A program made the position numbers and the translations under genes. From contig OX597822.1 of the NCBI GenBank assembly GCA_951406725.2, positions 16,740,001 through 16,804,000 of the forward strand: DNA of 64,000 bases, written 5' to 3'. Of this stretch, positions 39,549 to 53,024 are shown piece after piece (the first letter of the stretch is position 1; every line of letters begins with the position of its first letter). This DNA comes from Octopus vulgaris. Lineage: Eukaryota. Under the pieces are notes generated by a model that did not search any database, had not been told where the DNA came from, and worked only from the letters and a program-made list of their open reading frames with translations.

Positions 39549-41172
39549 AAGGAAAATAATATTCAATTCATTTCACATCCCTTCCACTATTTTTTTTAAA
39601 CTTTTACCTTCTTTTCGATGTCTTCAGAATCTCTTCTTTTTTCTGATTCAAAGCCAATTCTATTTCTAGCAATGGCGTCAACTTTCGTCTCTTATATGAT
39701 CGTTGTTAATTTATTTAAGTCTGCCGTCTGCGATCTACTCCAGAAATTACCTTAACTATCGAGTATATTTCAGATACTTCTTCAAGGAGCAGTAGCCATG
39801 ATACATAATAAAAGTCAAATATTTAAAACTTTTTTCCAGCAGATCATTGCTTCTTTTATTTGTTTTATTTTCACGCCAGGAAAACCTCCCGTTACATAAC
39901 ATGTCCCTAAGACAATATTATAAATCAATGAGACAGATTTATTCAACTGAACACTAAAGAATACTCAGTATTATGTTATCTGTAAAGATGTATGTCGATA
40001 TGTCCTTTATAGATAAAGTGGGGGGGGGGGGGTAAAATCAAACAGCAAAGTCAACTTGACGTTACACGTTTTATTCCAAGGTGAACATGTCTCATGCGTA
40101 TTTCTGGTGGGTTTCTTTCGTCGTTTTTTTTTTATCGTTGTTTTGTTTTTTAGTTTGTTTGTATTTTCTTTTCGTTCTCGTCGCTGAAGAGAAACTATTT
40201 TGTCGAAAGAAAGCAGATAATTTTTTTCTGCATCTTATTCATTTGTGAGAGATTTGTAAATTGCTGTAAAACTTGGATCAAAGAAATGGCTTAATATTGA
40301 TGCTTTCGAACAATGATCGATAGAAGAATTATCCAATGTTCCAAGTGTATCGTAACCCGTGGCATTTTAACTGAGAATCTAGTTTCGCTCTCATATTGTT
40401 CCAGGTTCGATCTTAATGCACGGCACCTTGGCCGAGTTTCCTCTATAATAGCTTCCAGTAGATTCATGCCTAATGAGTAAAATTAATTTGACTACTGAAA
40501 CTGTGTGGAATCGCGTCGAATCGATTGTACGTGTTCTTAGATATTAGATTTAATCCTCTCACACGGTTTAATACCATCTTCTAGTGATGCAGAATCTTTA
40601 ATTGAAGCCATTCTGTTGCAGAAATCCGAGTAGGTTTCCAAATTCTACCCACAATTCCTCCAACCAATCCCAGAACTAATGCGAAAAAATTATGCACACT
40701 GTCCGTCTTCATCCGATTAAACCATAAAAGGGCTGTGTTTATATGTATTGAGTGGATTACAATTTCCTTCGGGACTTCTTGAGATATTTTATCAATAATG
40801 CCATTCATACCTTTGTGATATCCTGGAATATCCATATTCTTTAATCCTTTTCGTTACAGATCTTGCATCTCACTCTGAGCTGCTCTGGAAACAAATATTA
40901 CTGAAAATCTGCTAAACACAATTCAGGCAATACTAAGTTAAAATAGTTACTTGTGCATATTATATGCCGTGAGATGACGAATTCTGGCCCAAGTATGTGG
41001 CTGGCGGCGAGAATACGTCATTGGAAAGGCCCCAAAAGGCCTAAACGTATCCGACGTTCTTGTTGACTTCTACTGGAGTGATTCCTTCCTTATTTTTTGT
41101 GCTTTTAACATAGCACGCCTATAAGAGATGTTGTCTCAGAACAACTACCGTAATAACTGGCCTACCCAAGGT

Positions 41173-41220
<48 letters not shown>

Positions 41221-41349
41221 TATGAAACAAAGTTGCCTATTTTAATTTAATACTGAATTGCGTATACCTCATTTTTCTTCGGCAAGGTAGCTATTCATAA
41301 CATCAGTGAATGTTTTTTTCGTTGTTTTCTCTATCACTTGGCGACGAAA

Positions 41350-41775
41350 GGAGGCGAGCTGGCAGATTCGTTAGCACGCCGGGGAAAATGCTTGGCGGTA
41401 TTCTATTATTAAGGCGGCGAGCCGGCAGAAACATTAGAACGCCGGAGGAAATGCTTAACGGTATTTTGTCTGCGTTACGTTGTGAGTTCAAATTCCGCCG
41501 AGGTCGACTTTGCCTTTCATCTTTTCGGGGTCGATAAATTAAGTACCAGTTACGCACTGGGGTCGATGTAATCGACTGAATACCTATGTCTGTTCTTGTT
41601 TGTCCGCTCTGTGTTTAGCCCCTTGTGGGTAATAAAGAAATAGGTATTTTAAATTCCGCCGAGGTTGACTTTGCCTTTCATCCTTTCGGGATCGATGAAA
41701 TAAATACCAGTAGAACTCTGAGGTCGACTTAGCCCTTTCCCCTCCAACTTGCTGGCCCTGTACCAAAATGTAAAG
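41350..41775 (+). mobile_element. Meta-domain-like SINE with duplicated head and dimeric body
   Basis: Heads at about 41350 and 41411, then core, linker and second core. Confidence 0.85.
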
Positions 41776-42405
41776 CTTATATCAGTAGGCAACGAATTCT
41801 CGTCCGGATATACGACTGGCTGTCATCGAAGAAGCCCAACAAGACGAAAATGTTCTCACCGGCCGCAATTGAGGCAGTTTTTCGTTCTCACCGGCCGCTA
41901 CTGAGGCAATTTTTCGTCTCCTTCCAATAACTCAGTAAGTCCATAACAGATGTTATAACAGAACGAATACCACAATTATTGGCCTATCGACGGAGTAAAT
42001 ACATTAAATATGATACATAGATGTCTATTTTAATTTAATACTACTTCGAAATTTACACGAGCCTATCTTTCTTATCTACTTCCTTCTTGTTCGTTTTTTT
42101 CTTCTTACTTTTTTCACTTTTATCACATATATCACTTGAAGATGATCGGAGATTTTACTGACTGAAGTATTGCATAAATAAAAGCAATTACAAAGAATCT
42201 ACAAGCTGAACTAAATAGTCCAATTAATAGTATTTTTCCCCTTTAATTTTGAACGACCGACTGATCTTGCGCTGAGCTGTAAAGATATAAATGTGGCTGA
42301 ACGCTGCAGACTGACGAAAGCGTTACAAATTACTGCTTCACGATTCTTAAGCTACAACCTCTACTTCCCAGACTGCAATTCGCTTTCTCTCCCTTCCCTA
42401 GCTTT

Positions 42406-42441
<36 letters not shown>

Positions 42442-42455
42442 TGCTCTCACTATCG

Positions 42456-42494
<39 letters not shown>

Positions 42495-42786
42495 TCACAC
42501 ACACAACAAACACACACACACTCATACACTGATGCAGGCAAACACTTAAAGACAAAAGATGCCACACATGCAAACTCAATATAGATTTATATATTCTGGC
42601 ACACACACATGCACGCACACAGACACACATGAACACACATACACACACACATACATACATACATACACACATACATACATACATACATACAAACATACAT
42701 ACATATATATGTATGTAATTTCCAAAAACCGTAACCTATACACAGATTTAAAGAAATATTATGCTTTAAATATATGTGTATGTGTT

Positions 42787-42830
<44 letters not shown>

Positions 42831-44116
42831 GTATACATAGACACATATGATATATACTATGTATGTATGTATATATATGTATGTGCATATATAAGCATGT
42901 ATATGTGTGTGTATGTATGTGTGGATGTATGCATGCATGCGTGTATGTATGTATGTATATATGTATGTATTTATGTATGTATGTATAAACGACTATATAC
43001 TTGCAAACCTCGATAGATAAATTCAGATATACATCACATATGTAAAAAGCGATGACATATATTGCGATAATTAAGTTAAAGACTGAAGTATTGAATGTCA
43101 GGCACAAAAATATTCTTGTCTAATTGAAGTTCCTGTCTTAGACGGTAAAAGAGAGAAAAAAAGAAAACCTAGCGGCAATTGTCAGAGACTGTCAAAAGGG
43201 AGGGGAGATAATTTTCTAGAAATTAGGAACGAATCTCTTAAAATTAATCTACATGCTTAGGGAAAAGAAAGTCTGATCGTCTAAGAATATATATGTCCGT
43301 GTGTTTGTGTGCGTATATGTATGTATGCACGTATACACACGCGCACACACATATATGTACATCTTCAATTTTTCATTACCATACATACACATATTCCAAC
43401 AGTGGACGAAAGCAACCCACAAAATGCTCTCAGGAAATCGAATTGCAGTGGGATATTTTTCTGTATTGTTCTTTTAATCACGTTGGTCACTGAAATGCGA
43501 CCATATTAGATTACTGAGTTTTAGCAGATTATGTCAAGTCTAATATTTTATCTGCTCCTTTAATCTGTTGATCTGTTGTGATAAGGGTGATATTCAAACA
43601 TAATCTTATTGTAAATATTAATTATGAGTTGATTATTGGTTATTATAATTATAAAATTGTAATCAAGAATTATTCCTTCAATATGGTGTTCAAGTGAGGT
43701 CTTAAACCATTGTGTAAGACCATTAAAACGATTGTTAGGTTGCCATAGATCAACTTGATAAGGCGTCGCTGTAATGACCAAAAGGCAAAAGTTTGTTACC
43801 AAACTTGGAACGAAAACCGACTTCACTCGAAAGACACTTTGCTTTCCTTTGTTTATGAATGAATAATATACGTACGGTGTCACATGCTTCAGTCTTTGTC
43901 GAACAGTAAAACAAAGCCCTCTGTTTAATTCACCTTGTTTTATATAGACTACAATGAGCATGGAACCGACTTGTTTTGATATTCTTACAAACTCAATGAG
44001 ATGTATCTTACCTGAGGCAGGATAAATAAATGCCTTGACTGCCAGAACCACCTCGAGAGGTTCGAAATTAATTCCCTCCCACGGCACTGTAAGTGCGACA
44101 TTATTTGTACAATGTA

Positions 44117-44410
44117 AGGCGGCGAGCTGGCAGAAACGTTAGCACGCCAGGCGAAATACTTAGCGGTATTTCGTCTGCCACTACGTTCTGAGTTCAAATT
44201 CCGCTGAGGTCGACTTTGTCTTTCATCCTTTCAGGGTCGATTAAATAAGTACCAGTTATGCACTGGGGTCGATATAATCGACTTAATCCGTTTGTCTGTC
44301 CTTGTTTGTCCTCTCTGTGTTTAGCCCCTTGTGGGTAGTAAAGAAATAGGTATTTCATCTGTCTCTACGTTCTGAGTTCAAATTTCACCGAGATCGACTT
44401 TGCCTTTCAT
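44117..44410 (+). mobile_element. Dimeric Meta-domain-like SINE (3' truncated)
   Basis: Same layout as 11675-12068. Confidence 0.85.
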
Positions 44411-44663
44411 GTGTAAAACAGTGAAGAATGGAGGAAAATAGTATTTGAATATCGTTTGCTTATTTCAGTCATTGAACTGCGACCATACTGGGGCACAGTC
44501 CAGAAGGAGTTGAACAAATCGATCCTAGAACTTGATTTTTAAAAGTATGGTACTTATTCTGTCAGTTCTCTTTTGTCGAACCGCTTGGCTATGGTAAAGT
44601 AAACAAACTAACACTGGTTGTGAGGTGTTGGGTGTGGGGACAACCACAAATACACACACATCC

Positions 44664-44695
<32 letters not shown>

Positions 44696-44812
44696 CACGT
44701 GATCACGTGACCGACCAGTCCATCAGATGTAGTTACACATCGCTGGTCACAATGCGTTCGCATTGTTTTAGCCTTCGAATGACTCCACCCCGCTGGGTAA
44801 GCGAGCAGGCCA

Positions 44813-44847
<35 letters not shown>

Positions 44848-44925
44848 CAAATATATATATATATATATATTTATTTATAAGCAATGATAAATCTCAGAGC
44901 GAGTTATAAACAGTAGCGGTAACAC

Positions 44926-45255
44926 AACGTGATGCATATATGCCATTTGAATATGGCTAACCCAAAAGGGTGGATGCTACTGTAGTTTGTAGCCCCAGGA
45001 GGACACCTCCTCCCGCTGGTGAAAGGTAAACACACTGAAAGGTCACACGCTGATGAAAGGTAAACACCTTGAAACGCGGGTACGTGTGTATCATGTGTTG
45101 AAGACGGGGAGGATGACTCCCCTTCACAAATACTGACAGGACACAGATAGTGTGTCTTTAGTCAGCGGGAGGAGGTGTCCTCCTGGGGCTACAAACTACA
45201 GCAGCATCCATCCTTTTGGGTTAGCCATATTCAAATGGCATATATGCACCACGTT
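44926..45255 (+). mobile_element. Hammerhead element with 93-bp inverted repeats
   Basis: 44926-45018 is the reverse complement of 45163-45255 (3 mismatches); the hammerhead lies in the spacer and (TA)n follows. Confidence 0.85.
45044..45088 (+). ncRNA. Intact type I hammerhead ribozyme motif
   Basis: CACACG-CTGATGA-AAGGT-aaac-ACCTT-GAAAC-gcgg-GTA-CGTGTG: 6-bp stem I, 5-bp stem II, 2-bp stem III, predicted cleavage after GUA (45082). Confidence 0.9.
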
Positions 45256-45262
45256 ATATATT

Positions 45263-45294
<32 letters not shown>

Positions 45295-45316
45295 TATACA
45301 TATACATATATATATA

Positions 45317-47228
45317 TAATAATAATAATAATAATCATGTTCGACCTTCCGGTTCGAAGATGACCATTGACATCATTTGGTGGAATTGCTGCTATGAGAC
45401 CAGAGGTGGCTGGTGAGGCTAATCCGGGCAAGAAAGATAGCTTTCCGCATCTGGCGTTTCTGTTCTGCTGACTGAATCCGTCTCTCCTCGGCTGTCTTTG
45501 CTCCTGTGGTGATTGCGCTGCGCCAGGATGAGCGGTCGGCAGCAAGTGTCTCCCAAGTCTCTGTGCCGATGGAGAAGTCTTTGAGAGAGACTTTGAGACT
45601 GTCCTTGAAGCGCTTCTTCTGCCCTCCGACTTTGCGTTTGCCCTGGCTGAGTTCACCGTAGAAGAGCTGTTTTGGGATGCGAGTGTCGGACATGCGGGAG
45701 ACGTGGCCTGCTCATCTCAGCTGGGCCTTGTGCATGATCGTGATGGTGCTAGGGAGATCTGCCTGCTTCAGAACTTCCGTGTCTGGGACTTTGTCCTGCC
45801 AGCGGATGTGAAGGAGGTTCCGAAGACACCTGAGGTGGAAGTGGTTTATCTGGCGCTCGTGCCTTCGGTAAGCAGTCCACGTCTCGCAGCCGTATAGTAG
45901 GGTGGTAAGCACGACTGCCCGGTAGACTTTTAGCTTGGTGTTAAGGCTGATTCCTCTCCGCTCCCAGACTTTCTTTCGCAGTCTCCCAAACGCGCTGCTT
46001 GCCTTGGAGATTCTGTTGATGATTTCAGCATCTATGTTGGCATTGCAGGAGAGAGTGCTGCCCAGGTAGGTGAAGTTTTCCACCGCTCGTAGGATCCGTC
46101 CGTTCACCTTTATCTGAGGCTCATGGTATTGTTTGCCGGGGGCTGGCTGAAACATCACTTCGGTTTTCTTGGCACCGATGGTGAGACCGAAGTTGTCACA
46201 GGCTGATGAGAACCTGTCCATCCCGAGCTGCATCTCCTGCTCATCGATTGCGTTAAGGGCGCAGTCGTCAGCAAAGAGAAAGTCTCTGACGACTGTCTCC
46301 CTCACCTTTGTGACGGCCTGCAATCTTCTGGAGTTGAAAAATTTCCCGTCCGTCCTGTACTTGATGTCGATACCGGACTTGCAGTCCCTGAAGGCGTCGG
46401 ACAGCATTGCCGAGAACATGATGCTGAACAGTGTTGGGGCCAGGACACAGCCCTGCCTGACTCCGTTGGTCACCTGGAAGACTTCAGATGAGTTGCCGTC
46501 TTCAAGGACTCTGGCTGTCATTCCATCGTGGAAATGGCGGACAATTGCAATAAATTTGCTGGGGCAACCAAATTTTCCCATGTGGGGGGGTTGATCCATG
46601 GGCGAAGCATTTCAACATCGTGCTCAACCGACCAGCCCAGATCAACGAGGAAGCCATCGCACGACTCCTCCAGGTGCCGACAAACCACGAGCTGGCTGTT
46701 CCCCCTTCAGTCGAGGAAGTGAGCAGAGCCATCAAAAAAATGTCCACCGGCAAAGCTCCAGGCTCTGACGCCATCCCTACAGAGGTGTTCAAGTCGGGCG
46801 GCCCCACCATGATCAGTCAGCTCACCAGCATGTTCCAGTCGATGTGGGACAAGGAACAACTCCCTCAAGATTTCCGGGACGCAACAATCGTCCATATTTA
46901 TAAGCGGAAAGGAGATCGGCAGTCCTGCGACAACCACCGAGGAATCTCCCTCTTGTCCATAGCAGGCAAGATCCTGGCCCGAGTCCTGCTTGACCGCCTT
47001 CTGGAACACTTGGAGCAAGGCCTTCTCCCTGAGAGCCAGTGTGGCATCCGCGCGGGTCGAGGGACCACTGACATGATATTCGCCGCCCGCCAGCTCCAGG
47101 AGAAATGCATGGAGCAGCATCTTGACCTCTGCATGACCTTTGTTGACCTCACCATGGCTTTCGATACAGTCAGTCAGGAGGGACTCTGGAAGGTCATGGG
47201 AAAATTTGGTTGCCCCAGCAAATTTATT
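45317..47228 (-). mobile_element. Young RTE LINE with 5' inversion
   Basis: The minus segment 45335-46582 encodes RT motifs GVRQGCVLAPTLF and LFADD plus the C-terminus, with an (ATT)n tail. The plus segment ~46590-47228 encodes the preceding RT part (KAPGSDAIP, NHRGISLLS, FVDLTMAFD). MGKFGCPSKFI is present in both. Confidence 0.93.
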
Positions 47229-47250
47229 ACATATATATATACATATGTAT

Positions 47251-47552
47251 GGAAGCGCAATGGCCCAGTGGTTAGGGCAGCGGACTCGCGGTTGTAGGAT
47301 CGCGGTTTCGATTCCCAGACCGGGCGTTGTGAGTATTTATTGAGCGAAAACACCTAAAGCTCCACGCGGCTCCGGCAGGGGATGGTGGTGATCTCTGCTG
47401 TACTCTTTCGCCACAACTTTCTCTCACTCTTTCTTCTGTTGGCCTGCTCGCTTAGCCAGCGGGGTGGCGTCATTTGAAGGCTAAAACAATGCGAAGCGCA
47501 TTGTGACCAGCGACGTGTAGCAACATCTGATAGTCTGGTCGGTCATGGTGAT
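47251..47552 (+). mobile_element. tRNA-derived (Arg-like) SINE, full length
   Basis: A box TGGCCCAGTGG, B-box-like GGTTTCGATTCC, TCG at the anticodon position; the tail recurs at 44695-44812 (-) and 54947-55066 (+). Confidence 0.88.
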
Positions 47553-48254
47553 ACACATATGCATATCTATACGACAGGCTTCCACACAGTTTCCATCTAT
47601 GAAATTTCAGGGCATTGGTCGGCTCAGGACTATACCAGAAAACATTTACCCAGACTTTTGCAGTATGGGTCTGAACCCGGGTTACAAAGAGCACTTCCTA
47701 AACGCACAATCACGCCTGACCCAGTTGCCAGAAAAACGATCACCGCCGGATTGAATGGTACTGTCCAGGTGTCGAAACCATAGTGATATCCGTGGGGCAG
47801 CTGATGATGGAGGTGGGTTGTATTATTGGTATGGCTGTTGTTGTATGTGCGGAATAGTTTTATAAGACATCCGTTTGATAATAAACAAGATATATTTGAA
47901 GTCGTTAAAAGAAACTATTGGATGCATTTTGCAATGAACTCATTTTTGCACAAGGCTGCATGTGTACGTATTTAATACACAAGAATCACTTGGAAGGGAT
48001 TTTTTTTATCGTCTGAAATGCAATGAAATATGTGCGGTTTTTCGGTTGAGGAACTGACGAAATAGCATCAAACACAACATAATATCGCAGGATCATAAGC
48101 TCTAGAAAATATTTAGTTGTTGGGCTGAGGGAAAAAAGCTTCTGTTAAACTGAATTGTTTTAAATATAAAACACTAACGCAACATCTTCAACTGAGGAGC
48201 GACGACCAAAAGATTGATTGAATCCATTCGCTTCTCTGGGTATTTTGTTTATAT

Positions 48255-48522
48255 CTTTCTTTATCCTTTAAGTGTTTCAGTCATTAGAGAGCGGCCACGC
48301 TGGAGCACCGCCTTAGATGATTTTAGTCGAACGAATCGACCTCGGTACACATGATTTTATAAAGCCTGGTACTTATTCCATCGGTCGCTTTTGCCAAACC
48401 ACTAGGTTACGTAAACACAACATCAATTGTCAAACAGTAGGGAAATAAAACAGACATAAACATATATAAACTGATATACATACATATACGTATGTATATA
48501 TATATAAATATATATACATGTG

Positions 48523-48557
<35 letters not shown>

Positions 48558-48599
48558 ATCTATGTATGTATATATATATACACACATACATATACGTAT

Positions 48600-48674
<75 letters not shown>

Positions 48675-48825
48675 TGTATGTATATCAATTTCCCTCAACC
48701 AAATCCACTCACAAGGTTTTAGTAGGCCCGAGGCCATACAGAAGACCTATGCCCAAAGTGCCACGTGTGGGAACCTGGAACCAATTAGGTGGGAAATAAA
48801 CTTCTTATCACAGTTACACCTGCGC
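48255..48825 (-). mobile_element. Diverged long SINE with expanded internal microsatellites
   Basis: Tail and head segments match the 55348 family on the minus strand. Confidence 0.75.
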
Positions 48826-48889
48826 GTGTTTACATATTTAAATATTTATACGTTATTTAAATGATAGATCTCTCTAGTATGACTATATC

Positions 48890-49098
48890 CTTTTCTACTC
48901 TAGGCACAAGGCCCAAAATTTGGGGGAGGTTAGTCGATTAGATCGACCACAGTATGCAACTGGTACTTACTTTATCGACCCTGACAGGATGAAAGTAAAA
49001 GTCGACCTCGGCGGAATTTGAACTCAGAACGTAACAGCAGGCGAAATACCGCTAAGCATTTCGCTCGACGTACTTTCCTGCCAGCTCGCCGCCTTTCC
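48890..49098 (-). mobile_element. Monomeric Meta-domain-like SINE with 12-bp TSD
   Basis: TATGACTATATC (48878-48889) / TATGATTATATC (49099-49110). Confidence 0.88.
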
Positions 49099-50762
49099 TA
49101 TGATTATATCATCTACAAATGAGTCTTAAAGAGAATCTGTTCAACACATGAAACAGGTGGTGGCATACATTTTGCTACCCGTCAGCCACTCATTTTTTTC
49201 CGGTGTTTAAAATAAAAGTCATTCTAGGTTTTCTTTAAACAACAAGGCTTGATTGAAAAATCGAATTATCTTGTTAACATACATTTTTAAAGACTTGCCA
49301 CTTTTTAGTTAATTATCAGCCGCACATGGTTGCATTTGTACGTAGTTAATACACAAAAATCACTTCGAAGGGATTTTTTTTTCTTTTTTTTATCGTCTGA
49401 AATGTAATGAAATATTCACGGTTTTTCGGTTGAAGAACTGACATAATAGCATCAAAGAATCCAATTATTGAAGATGTTAGAAAATAATTGGAATCTTCAA
49501 ACATTAGGAATTGTTTCCCACGTGAAACAAAGAAAGAACAATGAATGAATAGTGAATATAAACATAATACAAGAATGATATAAGAGTGAGAAATGTTGAA
49601 AATAATTAAAAGGATCCAGAAAAAGATAATAATAAGATATATCTCAAGTTGCTAAAAGAAATCATTGAATTTATTTTTAACTTATTGTTGTCAAAGATAA
49701 CATCAAAGAATGCGAATTGCAATAATGAGGACATTTATTTACCGTATATATTTACGATTAATGAGAACAGAATATATCTTTTTTTTTTTTTTGGGAGATG
49801 ATTTGAAATTATTTGAATGACTTCACTAAACTAGAACATCTCTAGGTTTCTTACATTCTTTTTTTTTTTTTACGTAGTTGATACAAATCACATTAGATTT
49901 CAAATTTGAAAATCGTAATCGTAACTGATTCAAAGTTTATAAAGTATACAATTTTTTTTCTTAAACGAAAATTTTGACTAAAGTTTACCTTTATGCATAA
50001 AGCGATGAACTATCGATAATTTGATCTTCCATTATCTGATGCAGATCGATCGACGTGTAAAGCATATCAGATTCTAAGCAAGTTTAACAAAGACTTTGTT
50101 GGCTTCGAACAAGCCACACTCTTTGAAACTGATTTCTATCAAGAACAAGTCGTACAGAATCGTCTTTATATTCTTGTGGAGACTATTCAAAAACTTAATG
50201 CTGTTATTTGTTTCAATGAAAAAATTACCAATCAAAGAAAGAGAGAGAGAGAAAACATTTTAAAATTAGTATTTAAAAGGTTGCCAAAGTTGAAAGATCA
50301 ATTTATTTCCAATGATCCAAGCAACCCTTAAATAAGATCTTCCAATTCCTGCAGACGACAAAACGATCTATGAATATGACACAAGCATTTCATTATTTAT
50401 CTCTTCTTTTTGGTTATAGTTTCCATGACAGCTCCTAACAAATATCATTTACCTCTCACAGTGTATCATGGCTTTTCAGTTTCACAGACACCTTAATTCA
50501 TTTAATCAATATATAAATGGAATTCATAAAACCAAGTGAATTATTTGAACTTCAATCGGTCTGTATTTAAGCGATTCCCTACCTAGCTTTTAGTGGATTC
50601 GGTTTACTCGTTATTTATATCTTTTATCTTTTACTTGTTTCAGTCATTAGACTGTGGCCATGCTGGGGCATCACCCTGAAGAACTTTTAACCGAATGAGT
50701 CGATCCCTTTGGTTTTTTAAAGCCTCATATTTATTCTATCGGAATCTTTTTGTCGAATCGCT

Positions 50763-50886
50763 TTGTAATTATCTACTATTGCAATTATCTCCTATGGTAA
50801 TTATTTCCTATTGTAATTATTCCCTATTGTAATTATCCCCTGTTGTAATTATCCCCTATTGTAATTATCTCCTGCTGTAATTATTT
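50763..50886. repeat. 16-bp minisatellite (TTGTAATTATCCCCTA), about 7.5 copies
   Basis: Directly visible tandem units. Confidence 0.9.
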
Positions 50887-52129
50887 GGTTTTATGCTTTC
50901 ATTTTATATTCAAAACATTTGATAAAATATTTATATTTATATTAATAACAATAAGTTTACAAGCTCAATGAAAATATATAAATATCAAATGTAAAGAGGG
51001 AAACTTCCTCCATGTATGCCCAAGTTTCGTTCCACTCATATCACGATGTGTTCCTTAGCATTTTTCTTTTTTTATTTCCTGAATATCTAGGCGCAGGCGT
51101 AGTTGTGTGGTTAAGAAGCTCGCTTTGCAGCCATGTGGATTCGGGTTCAGTCAAACATCACGGCATAGACTTACCTGTCTATACCAATATGCATGAAGGC
51201 TGGAAACGCGTATAAACTGTTAGTTATTTCTTGGCTGCTAGATATAATCCGTTGTCTGGTTTCGCACAACCACGTGACATCATGGCTCCTTTAGCGGAGT
51301 CCTTCTCTGTTGTAAATCTTCGGTTTGAGTATAGTTTCACCCCTCTCTCCTTCCAACCCGTCTGGGAGGCTCTGTGAAGGCCCATGGGCACGGTGTTTTT
51401 TACTAATCAATAGATTTGTAGGTTCATGTGTTAAGTGTTTCAAAGTCAAAGTTAAGACAGAAAAAATACATATCAATAGTTTCAAGATGGAGGATAAAGT
51501 CTTAAACAGTATAGAATAAATATCGATCTTAATTTAAACATTATTTTGACTGGTTTTGGCGACAATATTTCGGCCTAGATCAGACAGTTAAGCAATATAA
51601 TGATCAAGTGCAAGAAATTCGTTGAACAAGAAGTCAATTAAAATGTCATGATAATTATAAAAAGAGAAAGAAAAGGAGAAAACAGAACTGAAAAATCAAT
51701 GTGTGTGCAAAGGCTTGCAAAAGTCTAGCCATGAAGATGTCATAATATATTTAAAGAGAGGTGGATTGGTTGAAAGGTGAGGGTGGGCGATAAAGTGGCA
51801 CTGAGTACCTTAGTTGGTGCTCTTTACATTTTGAGGTCCAGTCCAGCTAAGGTCAAATATACCTATCATTCTTCTGGGATTAATGAAACAAAGTATTACT
51901 AAAGTATTGAAATAGGTTTAAACCACGATCCCTCCTCTAGACATACCACTCCTGAAATATGTGTGGCCTTGTGCCCATGTTAGAAATTAATACATTATAC
52001 CTACGAGTATTCTATTTGGCGTTCTTCTATGATTGAAAACTATTATCTCTCTCTCTCTCTCTCTCTCTCTCCTCATCCCATATATATATATGTATATATA
52101 TGCATATATTATATTATATTATATTATAT

Positions 52130-52885
52130 TATATTAGAGATCAAACCTCTATTAGGCAAATCAAACAGTGAAAAACAACATAAGCCAATACATAAAATTA
52201 ACTTAAAAATATAAAAGTTAAAAATTAAAAAAATTATTTAAATAATTTAAACTTATAAATTTTAAATATATATGTATATATATGCATGTATATTTTTATA
52301 TTTATATATTATTTTATTTATTAATTTTTTTATATATAAATATCAAAAGTAATAAAAGTTTAATATAAGATAAAGAGTAAAACACTACGATCGTTTCACG
52401 GCTGTACCAATTCAAATAACAATAATTTAAATTCAATTAATAATTCGAGTTATGGTTACAGTCAATCTTCAGGTTAATTGAAATATTTAAAAATAATCAG
52501 AAATATTTAAACAATATTTAAGATATAAATAATATAATAATTTTACTAATAATAAACTCTATTATCAAACTAGAAACTTAAAACTTAACAATTATGATTA
52601 TATCAAAATCGATTATAATGTTAAATATTAATTTTAATTTTTAAGGTAAGAAACCCACCAATAATCTAATATCGGTAATAGTCTATATCTAATTACATAA
52701 ATAATTTTTTTTAAATGACTATTATATATAAATAATCAATGAAAATATATAAATGTATATAAATATTATAATTAAGATCTAAAATAATCTCTATAAATAA
52801 ATATATATGCACATATAATAAAGACCTAATAAATTAATTTTTCATATTTAAAGATGAAAATACGAAATTGCAATATTTTATATCA
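52130..52885 (-). mobile_element. Very AT-rich non-coding element containing a hammerhead-like motif (52384-52475)
   Basis: Minus strand: ac-CTGAAGA-t-tGaCTGTAaCC-[long AT loop]-GGTACAGcCg-t-GAAAC-gatc-GTA-gt; stem I is weak. Element boundaries are approximate. Confidence 0.55.
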
Positions 52886-53024
52886 AGACAAAACAATGTC
52901 CATGATAACACTTCCAATCAGTTAAGATCAGAAGCCACGGGGCCACTACCTGGTACTGCATCAGGGCATTTATTATTATTATTATTATTATTATTATCAT
53001 TATTATTAATATTATTATTATTAT

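Noticed and set aside
40181-40215. CTGAAGA..GAAA hammerhead-like spacing
   Set aside because: Stem II is weak and there is no UH cleavage site after GAAA; not counted.
43560-44087. 175-aa minus-strand ORF and a possible small exon ending in CAG|GTAAGA near 44008
   Set aside because: No recognisable domain and no partner exons; splice-like signals of this quality arise by chance.
50763-50886. CRISPR-like array
   Set aside because: Head-to-tail 16-bp units without unique spacers, no cas genes and a eukaryotic context.
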